From Planctomycetota bacterium (GTDB lineage Bacteria > Planctomycetota > UBA8108 > UBA1146): a stretch of DNA of 34,730 nucleotides. The notes beneath the pieces were generated by a model. The model searched no databases, had not been told where the DNA came from, and worked only from the letters and a program-made list of their open reading frames with translations. Positions 7,087 to 15,986 of this stretch are shown here, in pieces; position 1 is the first letter of the stretch; every line of letters begins with the position of its first letter. The position numbers were made by a program, and so were the translations under genes. The stretch lies in the NCBI GenBank assembly GCA_036338595.1, contig JAYZBV010000076.1, forward strand, positions 1 through 34,730. The letters run 5' to 3'.

Positions 7087-8592
7087 CTAGCCTTCCGGCG
7101 TCGGGGGGCAAGTTCGAGTCCCCGTGCGAATCCTCTCGATGAGTCCCGTGGTGGAGGCTCCCTGAACCAGGGTGACCCTCTCGATCCTGCCGCCTGCTGC
7201 TTCCACGACCTCTCTTCCCACGACATCACTGGCCTGATAGTCCGATCCCTTGACCAGCACATCCGGCAGCAATTCGCGGATCAGTTGCTCGGGAGTATCC
7301 TCCTCGAACATCACCACATGGTCGACACAGGCGAGCCCCCCGAGCAATCTGGCACGATCCTCCACTGGCATGATCGGCCTCTCGGGTCCCTTGAGTCGCT
7401 GCACCGATTCATCCGAGTTGATTCCGACCACCAGCAGATCACCGAAGGCTCTCGCCGCTTCCAGCAGTTGCAGATGACCAGCGTGGAGCAGATCGAAACA
7501 TCCGTTCGTGAAAACGACCACCTGAGCTGCGGCCCTCGACCTCTCTGCGATCTCGCGTATCTGCTCGCGACTTCGCAGCGGATCGGGAGATTCTCCGATC
7601 AGCGATTTCCTGGCAGCTTCCAGTTCCCACCTTTCGACCGGCTGAACCCCGACCTTCTGAACCTCGATCCCCGCGCCGAGATTGGCGAGTTGACAGGCGT
7701 CATCGATGTTCCAGCCGCTCGCCAGAGCCAATCCCAGCAGGCTCAGCACCATGTCACCAGCACCGGCCACATCGGTGATTCCATGAATCACGGTGGGATG
7801 GCGCCGATTCTCTCCTCCGCGTGAGATTCTCGTGATGCCGTCTCGATCGAGAGTCAGGATGCAATGTTCCAGATCGAGATCATCGAGCAACAATTTCCCC
7901 GCTTCCAGTTGTCTCTCTACCGAACTCGATAGGTCGATACCGCTGGCACTACTCGCCTCGTAGCGGTTCGGACAGATCAGCGTCGCACCACGATAGGAGG
8001 TCCAGTTGCCGGAACGACCTGGATCGACCAGAACTGGAATCGAGCGGGAACGTGCGGATTCGATCAGCAGTTTGAGGATCTCTTCTCCCAGAAGCCCCTT
8101 CTCGTAGTCCGAGATCAGCACCACATCTGGCGCCTCCTCGAGTGCTTCCCCGACGGCACCGATCAGTGCCGCCTGCTCGGTTTCGTCGGTGGCTCGTAGT
8201 TCTTCCCTGTCGAGACGAAGCACCTGCTGCTGGCCGCGTCCCGAGTGCTGGACCCCTGCCAGGATTCGCGTCTTGCGGCTGGTCGGCCGACTTTGCGAAA
8301 CAACCAGCCCGTCGACCGAGCACCCTGCCTCATGCAACGCTTGCCGGATGAACCCGCCCCCCTCGTCATCGCCAACGAGCCCGATGACGGAACTCTCGAT
8401 ACCGAGCGCGGCGAGATTGGTGACCACACTTCCAGCGCCACCTACACGCATTTCGTGGTGCTTCCCCTGCACCACTGCGACAGGCGCTTCCGGAGAGATC
8501 CTTTCGATGTCGCCGTACACGTACTCATCGACCATCAGATCGCCGACCACGAGAATTCGAACTTCTCCCAGGGAATCGAGTTCAGGAATCAT
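7087..8592 (-). CDS. hldE: Bifunctional heptose-7-phosphate kinase / heptose-1-phosphate adenylyltransferase
   Basis: VVGDLMVDEY..RISPEAPV, SDYEKG, PNRYE, DVAGAGD; second domain FTNGCFDLLHAGH, GINSDESVQRLKG, VKGSDY; start set to ATG 8592 overlapping the upstream stop. Confidence 0.95.
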   Translation of the reverse strand: MIPELDSLGEVRILVVGDLMVDEYVYGDIERISPEAPVAVVQGKHHEMRVGGAGSVVTNLAALGIESSVIGLVGDDEGGGFIRQALHEAGCSVDGLVVSQSRPTSRKTRILAGVQHSGRGQQQVLRLDREELRATDETEQAALIGAVGEALEEAPDVVLISDYEKGLLGEEILKLLIESARSRSIPVLVDPGRSGNWTSYRGATLICPNRYEASSASGIDLSSSVERQLEAGKLLLDDLDLEHCILTLDRDGITRISRGGENRRHPTVIHGITDVAGAGDMVLSLLGLALASGWNIDDACQLANLGAGIEVQKVGVQPVERWELEAARKSLIGESPDPLRSREQIREIAERSRAAAQVVVFTNGCFDLLHAGHLQLLEAARAFGDLLVVGINSDESVQRLKGPERPIMPVEDRARLLGGLACVDHVVMFEEDTPEQLIRELLPDVLVKGSDYQASDVVGREVVEAAGGRIERVTLVQGASTTGLIERIRTGTRTCPPTPEG

Positions 8593-9553
8593 TTCGCCCT
8601 GCTCCCCTGGTCGACTGGAGACGCTGCAGAAGTGCCACCCGAAACAGCGGCAAGTTGATCTCGTGATGTCCAATCAACGAGATGCCACGCTCCACAGGAC
8701 GTTCGAGAACATTCCTGCTGGTGCGGTAGTGCGGCATCATGTCAAAGTTGATGGCGGTCACCCCATCGAGAGGTTTCCCCAGATTGCGAGCGATGTTGAC
8801 GACCTTGAGAAACACCTCCGGCATCACCACCGCAGAACCGATGTTGAGCCAGCAACCCTTGGCCAGGTCACTGACCACCGCAGCCAGCAGACGAAAATCG
8901 ATGGCAGTCGCTTCGCCCATCGCTGCTCCTGCCACACCGGGATGCATATGAACAATGTCAGTGCCGATGGCCACATGCACCGTGGCAGGGATTCCCAGTT
9001 GCCTGGCCCTGGCCAGCATCGAGATCTCGGCATGGGGTTGCCCCGTCGAAACGATCCATTCTCCGAGCGCTGCACCGAGTCCTCCGCCTCCGGATCCATC
9101 GGCGCTGGCATCTCGAAATGCGCTGGCAGTTTCCCTCGACATGCCAAATGACCCATCGGCGACACTGGTCGCCACATCCTCGGAAGTCTGACCGATCATC
9201 GCCAGTTCCAGGTCATGGATCGCTGTCGCCCCGTTCATGGCGATGGCAGAGATCACGCCTCGCTCCATCAGGTCGTTGATGACGGGTCCCATGCCCACCT
9301 TGGCGACATGGCCACCGAGAGCCGCCACCACGGGAGCCTCACACTCCATCGAATGGACCACCGCAGCCACGGCAGACCGCAGTTCACTGGCGGCGAGGAT
9401 ATCGGGCAAGGAATCGATGAACTGCTCGATCGAGCCGTGCGGATCGCACAGGTCGCGAAACTGCTCCCTGTGGACGATATTGATGCGATCACCGAGGGGA
9501 CTCGGCTTCACATCATCGAGATCGAGCGGCTGCCATCGTGGATCGGGGGACAA
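8582..9553 (-). CDS. Conserved hypothetical protein, deoxyhypusine-synthase-like fold (GSU2086-like)
   Basis: LGGHVAKVG, AMNGATAIHDLE, TSEDV, GSFGM, VHVAIGTDIVHMHP, GSAVVMPEVFLK, GHHE; TTG 9553 preceded by GGAGAG; family name recalled from memory. Confidence 0.75.
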   Translation of the reverse strand: MSPDPRWQPLDLDDVKPSPLGDRINIVHREQFRDLCDPHGSIEQFIDSLPDILAASELRSAVAAVVHSMECEAPVVAALGGHVAKVGMGPVINDLMERGVISAIAMNGATAIHDLELAMIGQTSEDVATSVADGSFGMSRETASAFRDASADGSGGGGLGAALGEWIVSTGQPHAEISMLARARQLGIPATVHVAIGTDIVHMHPGVAGAAMGEATAIDFRLLAAVVSDLAKGCWLNIGSAVVMPEVFLKVVNIARNLGKPLDGVTAINFDMMPHYRTSRNVLERPVERGISLIGHHEINLPLFRVALLQRLQSTRGAGRNDS

Positions 9554-9587
9554 GGACTCTCCATTTCTCCAGCGAGTTGTCTGGATG

Positions 9588-10637
9588 CTAGCAGGAAGGG
9601 GCACTCGTTTCACGCGTCCCCGAGGCAGTCGATGCATCAATTCCGGCGAGAATCGGCCCCACATCGAGTGATATCTGCATCTCCTGGACCAGGATCGGCA
9701 ACTGGCAGTTGTATCCAGAGGCGAGCAGACGCTCGATCTTCGGTGCATCCTTGGCAGTACACACCAGTGCCTGGGCTCCAGCACTGATCGCCGCACGGCT
9801 GAGACGCTCCAGATCCCGCGTCGAGTAGCGATGGTGGTCTGCCAGCGACCTCCACGCACACAGGTTCCAGCCACCCTCGACCAGGCTGTCGCGGAAGGAG
9901 TCTGGAGTGCCGATGCCACAGAAGCCGAGCACCGGAATCGCTGGATCGGGAGTTGTTCGGTCCTCGCCGCAGAGCACCCTCACATCTGCCAGCCGGGTGC
10001 TGGCGAGGGATCGGGGAATGCCGGGAAACCACTGACGAAGAAACCCCACCGATTGTGATAGCTGAACATCCACACAGCGCTGCGCCCCGGTCAGGATCAG
10101 GTGGTCGGCTCGAGCGAGTTGCCGCCATGGCTCTCGCAACCTACCCAGCGGCAGACAGTGGCCTCCCGCCAGAGGCTCGAGCGCATCGAGGAGCACCAGA
10201 TCCACGTCTCGATGGAGACGTCGGTGTTGAAATCCGTCGTCGACGAGGATCAGATCGGTGTCGGGGTGCTCCTCCAGTAATCGTGTGCCCGCAGCGTGAC
10301 GACAACGGTGCTGCTGGTGCGGGACCTCGGGTAAGGCTCTGCGAAGCATCGCGAACTCGTCGTTTCCTTCTGGACCACCTCGGTACCCTCGACTGACGAT
10401 GCCGGGTCGCCCCCCTCGCTGGAGCCAGTGACGAGCCAGTGCCTCGGTGATCGGTGTCTTGCCGGTTCCCCCGACCGCGATGTTGCCGATACTCACCACC
10501 GGCACCGGTAATTTCAACGGCCATTCGCCGGATCGTTCTCGTCGCTGATGACGCCAGCGGTCGATACCGATCACACCTCTCCAGCACGCCTCGAGCAGGC
10601 TCAGTATCGGACGGGGCCAGGGCAGGATCGGTTCCAC
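9588..10637 (-). CDS. lpxK: Tetraacyldisaccharide 4'-kinase
   Basis: PVVSIGNIAVGGTGKTP, SRGY, DDGFQH, LPLGRLRE, FCGIG, DHHRY, CTAKDAPK. Confidence 0.93.
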   Translation of the reverse strand: MEPILPWPRPILSLLEACWRGVIGIDRWRHQRRERSGEWPLKLPVPVVSIGNIAVGGTGKTPITEALARHWLQRGGRPGIVSRGYRGGPEGNDEFAMLRRALPEVPHQQHRCRHAAGTRLLEEHPDTDLILVDDGFQHRRLHRDVDLVLLDALEPLAGGHCLPLGRLREPWRQLARADHLILTGAQRCVDVQLSQSVGFLRQWFPGIPRSLASTRLADVRVLCGEDRTTPDPAIPVLGFCGIGTPDSFRDSLVEGGWNLCAWRSLADHHRYSTRDLERLSRAAISAGAQALVCTAKDAPKIERLLASGYNCQLPILVQEMQISLDVGPILAGIDASTASGTRETSAPSC

Positions 10638-10645
10638 GGGCTGGA

Positions 10646-10876
10646 TCAGCTCTTTCGTTGACGCTGGCTGGGGCTGCCGTGAAGGACTTCGAGTACCTCG
10701 AGTACCTGCTTGTCGGTCATGTATCCAAGATCGATCAGGATCTGACCGAGGAAACGGTGCGGTGCCCCACTGACCTCATCTCGAGCCTGTAGTGCCAGCG
10801 CTTCGTAGAGGTGAGCAGTGGTGATGCGTTGCATCTCGAAGGCGACCTCGCCAAATAATCGGGTGTCGCCAGACAT
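10646..10876 (-). CDS. Stand-alone 76-aa MshEN-like (putative c-di-GMP-binding) protein
   Basis: Tandem motifs RLFGEVAFEMQRITTAHLYEALALQ and RFLGQILIDLGYMTDKQVLEVL; perfect SD AGGAGG before ATG 10876. Confidence 0.78.
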   Translation of the reverse strand: MSGDTRLFGEVAFEMQRITTAHLYEALALQARDEVSGAPHRFLGQILIDLGYMTDKQVLEVLEVLHGSPSQRQRKS

Positions 10877-10991
10877 GGTTCCTCCTGTACACCGGTCGCT
10901 CCCACCGGCAGAAGATCGTGAAGCCGGCGTGATCCAGAACTGGGTTACATGGAGATAACGATAACCCTGACTTGCCATCATCGCCACTGTA

Positions 10992-12011
10992 CTAGGCGTT
11001 GCGACGACGCCTCTCCTGAACCTGTCTCTGATAGAGGAGGTCTGCACTGGAAGTGATTTCATCTTTCTCGAGTAATCCATCGAGCAGCGGTGAAGGAAAG
11101 CACTCCTCGCCCACGCATGAGCCGACCAGTGCTCCTCCAACAGCCGCCGTCATCTCCACTGCCCCGCCGGCGTGAAGGCAGGAGCCGATCACTTCCATCG
11201 GATCTGAAGGACTGCGCAGCCAGCTGTGAAGAGCGACAAGAAAGATGGGAAGAGCTCGATTTTCAACCCCCGAGTGGTCTACATCGGAGATCCCCTCCTC
11301 AGGTCCAGCCAGTTTCTCGAATGCCTCGGCTTCGGAAGCGGCCAGCAACATCGGTATTTCCTGGATTCGCTTCGGTACCGAAGTGTCGATTCTTGCTGCA
11401 GCAGTGGTTGCGCCGTCGATCACATCTCCCAGCACAACATCATGATGCGTGAGATTGTGTCCGATGATGCTGGCGAGTGCAGCGCACACCGCTCTCACCT
11501 CGGTGTCCTCATGAGTGATACCGATCAGTCTTTCGCAGTCATCGACGAGAACATCGGGTGAGTCATGATCCCACAACCCGATCAGTACGCTGCAAACCAG
11601 CGATCCGCTGCCGTCCTCGCCCGGTCCGCAAGCACACCCCCGCGCCTCTGCTCCACGTCTGAGCCAGCGCGACATCGCAACATCGACATCCGGCAGCCGT
11701 TCGATGATCCGGTTCTCTCTCCAGAGAGGAATCCAGTGAGCGACGATCTGCTCCGGATCCACGGAACCCGCCTGTGCAATCGCTTCTGCAGCGAGCGAGA
11801 GCAACTGAACCCCTGCGCCGTGCTGTCCCTCGGGAAAGTAGCCATTTCGATGGCGGAGATAGCCCTGCAGCACCTCGGAGCCGAGCGCACGCATGAAGGT
11901 ACGTGATGAACCGGAGTGGGGAAAACCGAGTGCGCTGCCGATCGCAGCACCCTGGAGGGTACCTCGGAAGCGAGATGGTAGTTGATCCTTCAGTGTCGTG
12001 GTGCTCTTCAC
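10992..12011 (-). CDS. ADP-ribosylglycohydrolase-fold protein, metal-binding motifs degenerate
   Basis: SRFRGTLQGAAIGSALG, ITH, AGGAVEMTAAVGGALVG; GTG start overlaps the upstream TGA (GTGA, 12008-12011). Confidence 0.8.
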   Translation of the reverse strand: MKSTTTLKDQLPSRFRGTLQGAAIGSALGFPHSGSSRTFMRALGSEVLQGYLRHRNGYFPEGQHGAGVQLLSLAAEAIAQAGSVDPEQIVAHWIPLWRENRIIERLPDVDVAMSRWLRRGAEARGCACGPGEDGSGSLVCSVLIGLWDHDSPDVLVDDCERLIGITHEDTEVRAVCAALASIIGHNLTHHDVVLGDVIDGATTAAARIDTSVPKRIQEIPMLLAASEAEAFEKLAGPEEGISDVDHSGVENRALPIFLVALHSWLRSPSDPMEVIGSCLHAGGAVEMTAAVGGALVGSCVGEECFPSPLLDGLLEKDEITSSADLLYQRQVQERRRRNA

Positions 12012-13123
12012 GTCTGTTCTCTCGTCTCCACATCGGAACTTCCGCTGGATGCGGCACACTGATCCATCCACTGCTGGAGGGCAACTGTCTTGCACCTCTT
12101 TCGCCACAGCGGTCTCAGGTCGCGATACCAGCCGAGTCCTACCCCGGCCAGCAATGCAGGAGCGCGCGAGGCGACACCGAAGTCTGCTGACACGATCATC
12201 GAATCTGGATCAACACTCCATGACTGAGTTGGATCAATTTCAGCAGCATCGTGAACCACATCGGAAAGCGGAGTCTCTCCTTGACGGGGGTCGGCGACCT
12301 CGATCGCTTCTCGATGATACCAGTGATCCCCCTGTGGAGCCGGGATCACATCCTCGCAGCTGGCGCTGGCATCCGGCGCTGCCCCGACTCGCCAGAGGGT
12401 CGCTCCCTCTGGCTCCAGTAGCACTATTCCCTGACCGGGTCTTGGCTCCGCAGCCAACCACAGCCGAGCAGCACGGGGAGAAGTACCAGCACATACCCAG
12501 GTACCTCTCGGCAGGCCCGTGTCGGTGACCAGATCCTCCTGCAAGGTACCGACCCTGTGAGGACCCGGCATCAGCGGCGGAACCTGACCCGATTCGAGGC
12601 CCACCTTCTGCAGTGCCACCGGATCGAAGCGTTGTGCGGGACTGCTGCTGCTCGAGAGCCCGGAGTGCCAGGCGAAGGTGCTCGAGGTGGCGACCGCACC
12701 GGTCCATCGGTATCGGAGCCAGTCCTGCAGGTCCATCACCGAATGCAGTCCGCGCAGGATCGATGGGAATCGCTCCAGTGTGCTTCGCAGCACCTGCTCG
12801 GGGCTCGAGTCGTGTCGATCGAGGTGCTGCCAGTCGAGCGCCCGCGGCGGAATCGGTTCCATCTCCGCATCGACGAGGACCAGCGATGGCTCGCAGGAGA
12901 TTCCCACGGCAGCGATCGATGCAGGGCGAATGTGCCCCTCCTGTAGTGCATGCTGGAGGAGCGCCCGCACCGACCGAACTCTCTCGTCAGGATGAGTCCC
13001 CCACCAGCGCTCAAACGGAACACTGACCGGCTCTTCCAGCAGCGCGAGACGGGTCCCCCTGCGATCGACCGCCTGTAGCCGGATGCAGTTGCCGTGCAAT
13101 TCGATACCAAGAAGAACGCTCAT
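12008..13123 (-). CDS. Shortened, degenerate FGGY-family sugar kinase homologue
   Basis: LLGIELHG.., IAAVGIS, LVLVD, DWLRYRWTG, VGTL....TGLPRGTWVCAG, C-terminal ALLAGVGLGWY. Confidence 0.72.
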   Translation of the reverse strand: MSVLLGIELHGNCIRLQAVDRRGTRLALLEEPVSVPFERWWGTHPDERVRSVRALLQHALQEGHIRPASIAAVGISCEPSLVLVDAEMEPIPPRALDWQHLDRHDSSPEQVLRSTLERFPSILRGLHSVMDLQDWLRYRWTGAVATSSTFAWHSGLSSSSSPAQRFDPVALQKVGLESGQVPPLMPGPHRVGTLQEDLVTDTGLPRGTWVCAGTSPRAARLWLAAEPRPGQGIVLLEPEGATLWRVGAAPDASASCEDVIPAPQGDHWYHREAIEVADPRQGETPLSDVVHDAAEIDPTQSWSVDPDSMIVSADFGVASRAPALLAGVGLGWYRDLRPLWRKRCKTVALQQWMDQCAASSGSSDVETREQT

Positions 13124-13203
13124 CGGCTCACTTTCAGGGGAATCACCCCTCAAGGCGCGAAGGGGACTTCCCTCGAAGCCCCGGGGAGATCATTCTACCT
13201 GAC

Positions 13204-14289
13204 GTGAGACCTCTTCCCAGCAAACCACTATCTCCGAGATCGATCCTTGTCGTTCGCCTGAGCGCACTGGGAGATCTGATTCAGGTGCTCCCTGCCCTCG
13301 ATGCCGTGTCAGCACGGTTCCCCGGGGCCTCCATCGATGCCGTGACTGAATCACTCTCAAGTGGCATTCTTGAGGGTCACCCGGCACTTCGACGTGTGAT
13401 CCGCCTTCCCCGTTCGGAGATGAAGAAGTGCTGGCGACAACCTCATCGCCGATCGATGACATGGTCGCTCTTCGATCAATTTTGCCGCGAGTTGAGGAGC
13501 GAGCGCTACGATCTGCTGATCGACTGGCAGTCCAATTATCGTTCGGCGCTCGTCAGGGGGCTGGCTCGCGCCAACATCGTTCTCGGTATCCATCCAGATG
13601 ACGGAGGAGAATTACCACGTTGGTGGCCAGGCTACCGACCTGCCACTGCTGCCGGATATGTTCACCGCAGCGAACGAGCGCTGCATGTTGTCCGCAGCCT
13701 CGGCTGGCATGGAGATGCGCCCGCTGGAAGACTTGGAGATGTCGACGATTCCCTCGAAGGAGTGGATCTTGATCGGGTCGATGCGATCGGTGCTCCCGTC
13801 CTTCTGCACCCCTTCGTCAGTGACTTCGGCCGCTTCAAGGAGTGGCCTGCCCATCGATGGACTGAACTGGCCCGATCACTGTCAGGTCAAGGGCTGCCCG
13901 TCTGGATCTCTGGAGCTCCCGAAGATCGCCATGCCGTGGAAACAATGGTGGAAGCGACCGGGAATTGTGCCGTCGCTGCACCCGTCACCTCGAGCCTGAA
14001 GCACCTGGCAGGATTGCTGGGCTGCTGTCGTGCTGTCGTGGCAGCGGATACGGGAGTGCTTCATCTCGCGGCCATCCGTGGAGTTCCGTCGATCGGGCTC
14101 TATGGACCCAAGGATCCAGCGGTCCATGCACCGAGGGATCGCTGGACCCGGGTCGTCCGAAGCGCCGTACCCTGTTCCCCCTGCACACTTCGCCGATGCG
14201 ACCATTCCTTCTGCATGGCTGCCATCTCGGTCAACGATGTCGAGGCTTCCTTGCGAGAACTGCTCGATGCTGAGGCAACGCCGCATTGA
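13204..14289 (+). CDS. GT9 LPS heptosyltransferase (WaaC-like)
   Basis: ILVVRLSALGDL, YDLLIDWQ, KEWP, AADTGVLHLA, LYGP, CSPC. Confidence 0.85.
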   Translation: MRPLPSKPLSPRSILVVRLSALGDLIQVLPALDAVSARFPGASIDAVTESLSSGILEGHPALRRVIRLPRSEMKKCWRQPHRRSMTWSLFDQFCRELRSERYDLLIDWQSNYRSALVRGLARANIVLGIHPDDGGELPRWWPGYRPATAAGYVHRSERALHVVRSLGWHGDAPAGRLGDVDDSLEGVDLDRVDAIGAPVLLHPFVSDFGRFKEWPAHRWTELARSLSGQGLPVWISGAPEDRHAVETMVEATGNCAVAAPVTSSLKHLAGLLGCCRAVVAADTGVLHLAAIRGVPSIGLYGPKDPAVHAPRDRWTRVVRSAVPCSPCTLRRCDHSFCMAAISVNDVEASLRELLDAEATPH

Positions 14290-15056
14290 CGACACACGAC
14301 CGGAGGCCTCATCCTGTCACCATGGATACCCAGTCGACGCTGCCACCCTATCCGATGGCAGGCAGGGCACTCTCCGTGCTGCTTCCTGCCATGTATGAAT
14401 CCCTCGACCTGCGCTGGTGGGGTGGTCACCACGCGACCGATGCGTTGCGACAGCATGGAAACCTGGTCGTAGGATTCTGGCACGAGTGGGTATTACCTCT
14501 CAGCTATACCCTTCGATCCAACGGGTTTGCAGCCATCACCAGCCAGCATCACGATGGAGCTCGCCTTGGATCCGCGCTTTACTTTCTCGATGTCGCTCTC
14601 GCTCTAGGATCGAGTAGCCGTGGCGGATTGCCTGGATTTCAGAGGTTAGAAACGCTGGTGCGAGAGGGGCACTCGCCGGTGTTCGCCGTCGATGGCCCCA
14701 AGGGGCCTGCCCGGGTCGCCAAGGAAGGTGCTGCGGCACTGGCAAGACGCGTCGGCATACCCATGATCCCACTCGGATTTGCCGTCGACCGATCGATCCG
14801 CCTCGGAACCTGGGATCGAATGCTCCTGCCTGCACCGTGGGGTAAGGCAGTGATCGTGGTCGGGGAAGCGATCTCACCGGCAACCGAGCGCAAGGGCGAT
14901 GCAGCGGCTGCGAGTCAATTTCAGCGAGCGCTCAACGATGCCTCCGAGGCAGCGGAGGGCGATTTCGAACGCCTCTGGCGTCAGGGCTGCGGAACCTCGC
15001 CTCTGGGTCGGTCTGGTCTCACTTTAGCAGCGCAACGAAATCCACATAGGCAGTGA
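14286..15056 (+). CDS. DUF374 / lysophospholipid acyltransferase-superfamily protein (start may be 14322)
   Basis: FWHE, SQHHDG, GSSSRGG, AVDGPKGP, TWDRMLLPAP. Confidence 0.85.
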   Translation: MTTHDRRPHPVTMDTQSTLPPYPMAGRALSVLLPAMYESLDLRWWGGHHATDALRQHGNLVVGFWHEWVLPLSYTLRSNGFAAITSQHHDGARLGSALYFLDVALALGSSSRGGLPGFQRLETLVREGHSPVFAVDGPKGPARVAKEGAAALARRVGIPMIPLGFAVDRSIRLGTWDRMLLPAPWGKAVIVVGEAISPATERKGDAAAASQFQRALNDASEAAEGDFERLWRQGCGTSPLGRSGLTLAAQRNPHRQ

Positions 15057-15900
15057 ATCTCTTGGATCCCAGGAACTGGATTCTGAAATCCTGGACACGA
15101 TCCCAGGAGACATCGCCTTGCCCCTTGAAATTACGCAGCGGTACTTCGATTCGCTTGAGACCCTTGTGCGATTTCATCTGCATGATGTAAGCGTTCTTCA
15201 CCAGTTGTGCCTGGGTCACCCCTGCGATTGATTTTCCAGGGACGACGAAAACAAGTTGATACGGTGCCCCGCCCTTTGGCATATCGAGGTAAAATGCAAT
15301 CGACTTGAAGCCACTCAGGTTCGCAGGTAGCCCCTTGATCTTCAGTTCGGTCTTTCCCGAGGCGACATCCCACCTCAGTGCTCGCTGCCCCTCCTGCACA
15401 AGTCCCGCTTCATCGATGAATTTCTTGCCATACTTCTCTGAGTACCTGCGGGAGACTCGCTCAAAATCCTCCAGTACATGGAACAACTTCTTCTGGAGTT
15501 CGGTGATGAACTGCTTGTATTCGGCACCGATGGGAGTGGCTGCAAATTTCGAATAGTTCTTATCAGCAATTCGATAAGCCGCTTTCTCCTTACCTCCTTC
15601 CGCCTGCCGCTTCAGCGCTGCCAGTTCGTTCGCACCTTCCGTGGAAGCCAACCAGACATCGACATGTGCCCGGGTATCGCGATTCTTTGCCTGCTTGCGA
15701 GCATCCTTGAACTTGCCGTATGCGGTCTTGTAGTCGCCAGCCTCGTACGCGGTCTTCGCCTCGGCAAAGGCCTCCGCCCCGGCAGTTTTCTTCCAGGTCA
15801 ACTCGGGCGAATCCTGGCCTTGCAGTAGCCACATCGGCATCAGTAACAGGACCACTAGCCACATCAGTCGTGAGTGCACATGGAATACTGGCATCGTCAT
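15019..15900 (-). CDS. Secreted Lys-rich protein with TPR-like helices and a C-terminal galactose-binding-like/CBM-like domain
   Basis: Hydrophobic N-terminal segment; AFAEAKTAYEAGDYKTAYGKF; LEDFE...NLSGFKSIAFYL...IEVPLRNF...WDRV...YVDFVAL; SD AGGAG before ATG 15900. Confidence 0.7.
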   Translation of the reverse strand: MTMPVFHVHSRLMWLVVLLLMPMWLLQGQDSPELTWKKTAGAEAFAEAKTAYEAGDYKTAYGKFKDARKQAKNRDTRAHVDVWLASTEGANELAALKRQAEGGKEKAAYRIADKNYSKFAATPIGAEYKQFITELQKKLFHVLEDFERVSRRYSEKYGKKFIDEAGLVQEGQRALRWDVASGKTELKIKGLPANLSGFKSIAFYLDMPKGGAPYQLVFVVPGKSIAGVTQAQLVKNAYIMQMKSHKGLKRIEVPLRNFKGQGDVSWDRVQDFRIQFLGSKRFTAYVDFVALLK

Positions 15901-15986
15901 CTGGACTCCTTCCCTTCCTGTGGCCATCTCGGGATCATCTGCATACACATCGCAGCGTCATCGAGTCGCCGATGGGGAACACCATG

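Noticed and set aside
8189..9151. 320-aa + strand ORF
   Set aside because: Antisense shadow of hldE and the upstream conserved gene
13136..13181. Two small hairpins in the divergent intergenic gap
   Set aside because: Short GC-rich stems expected by chance; no U tract or recognisable motif
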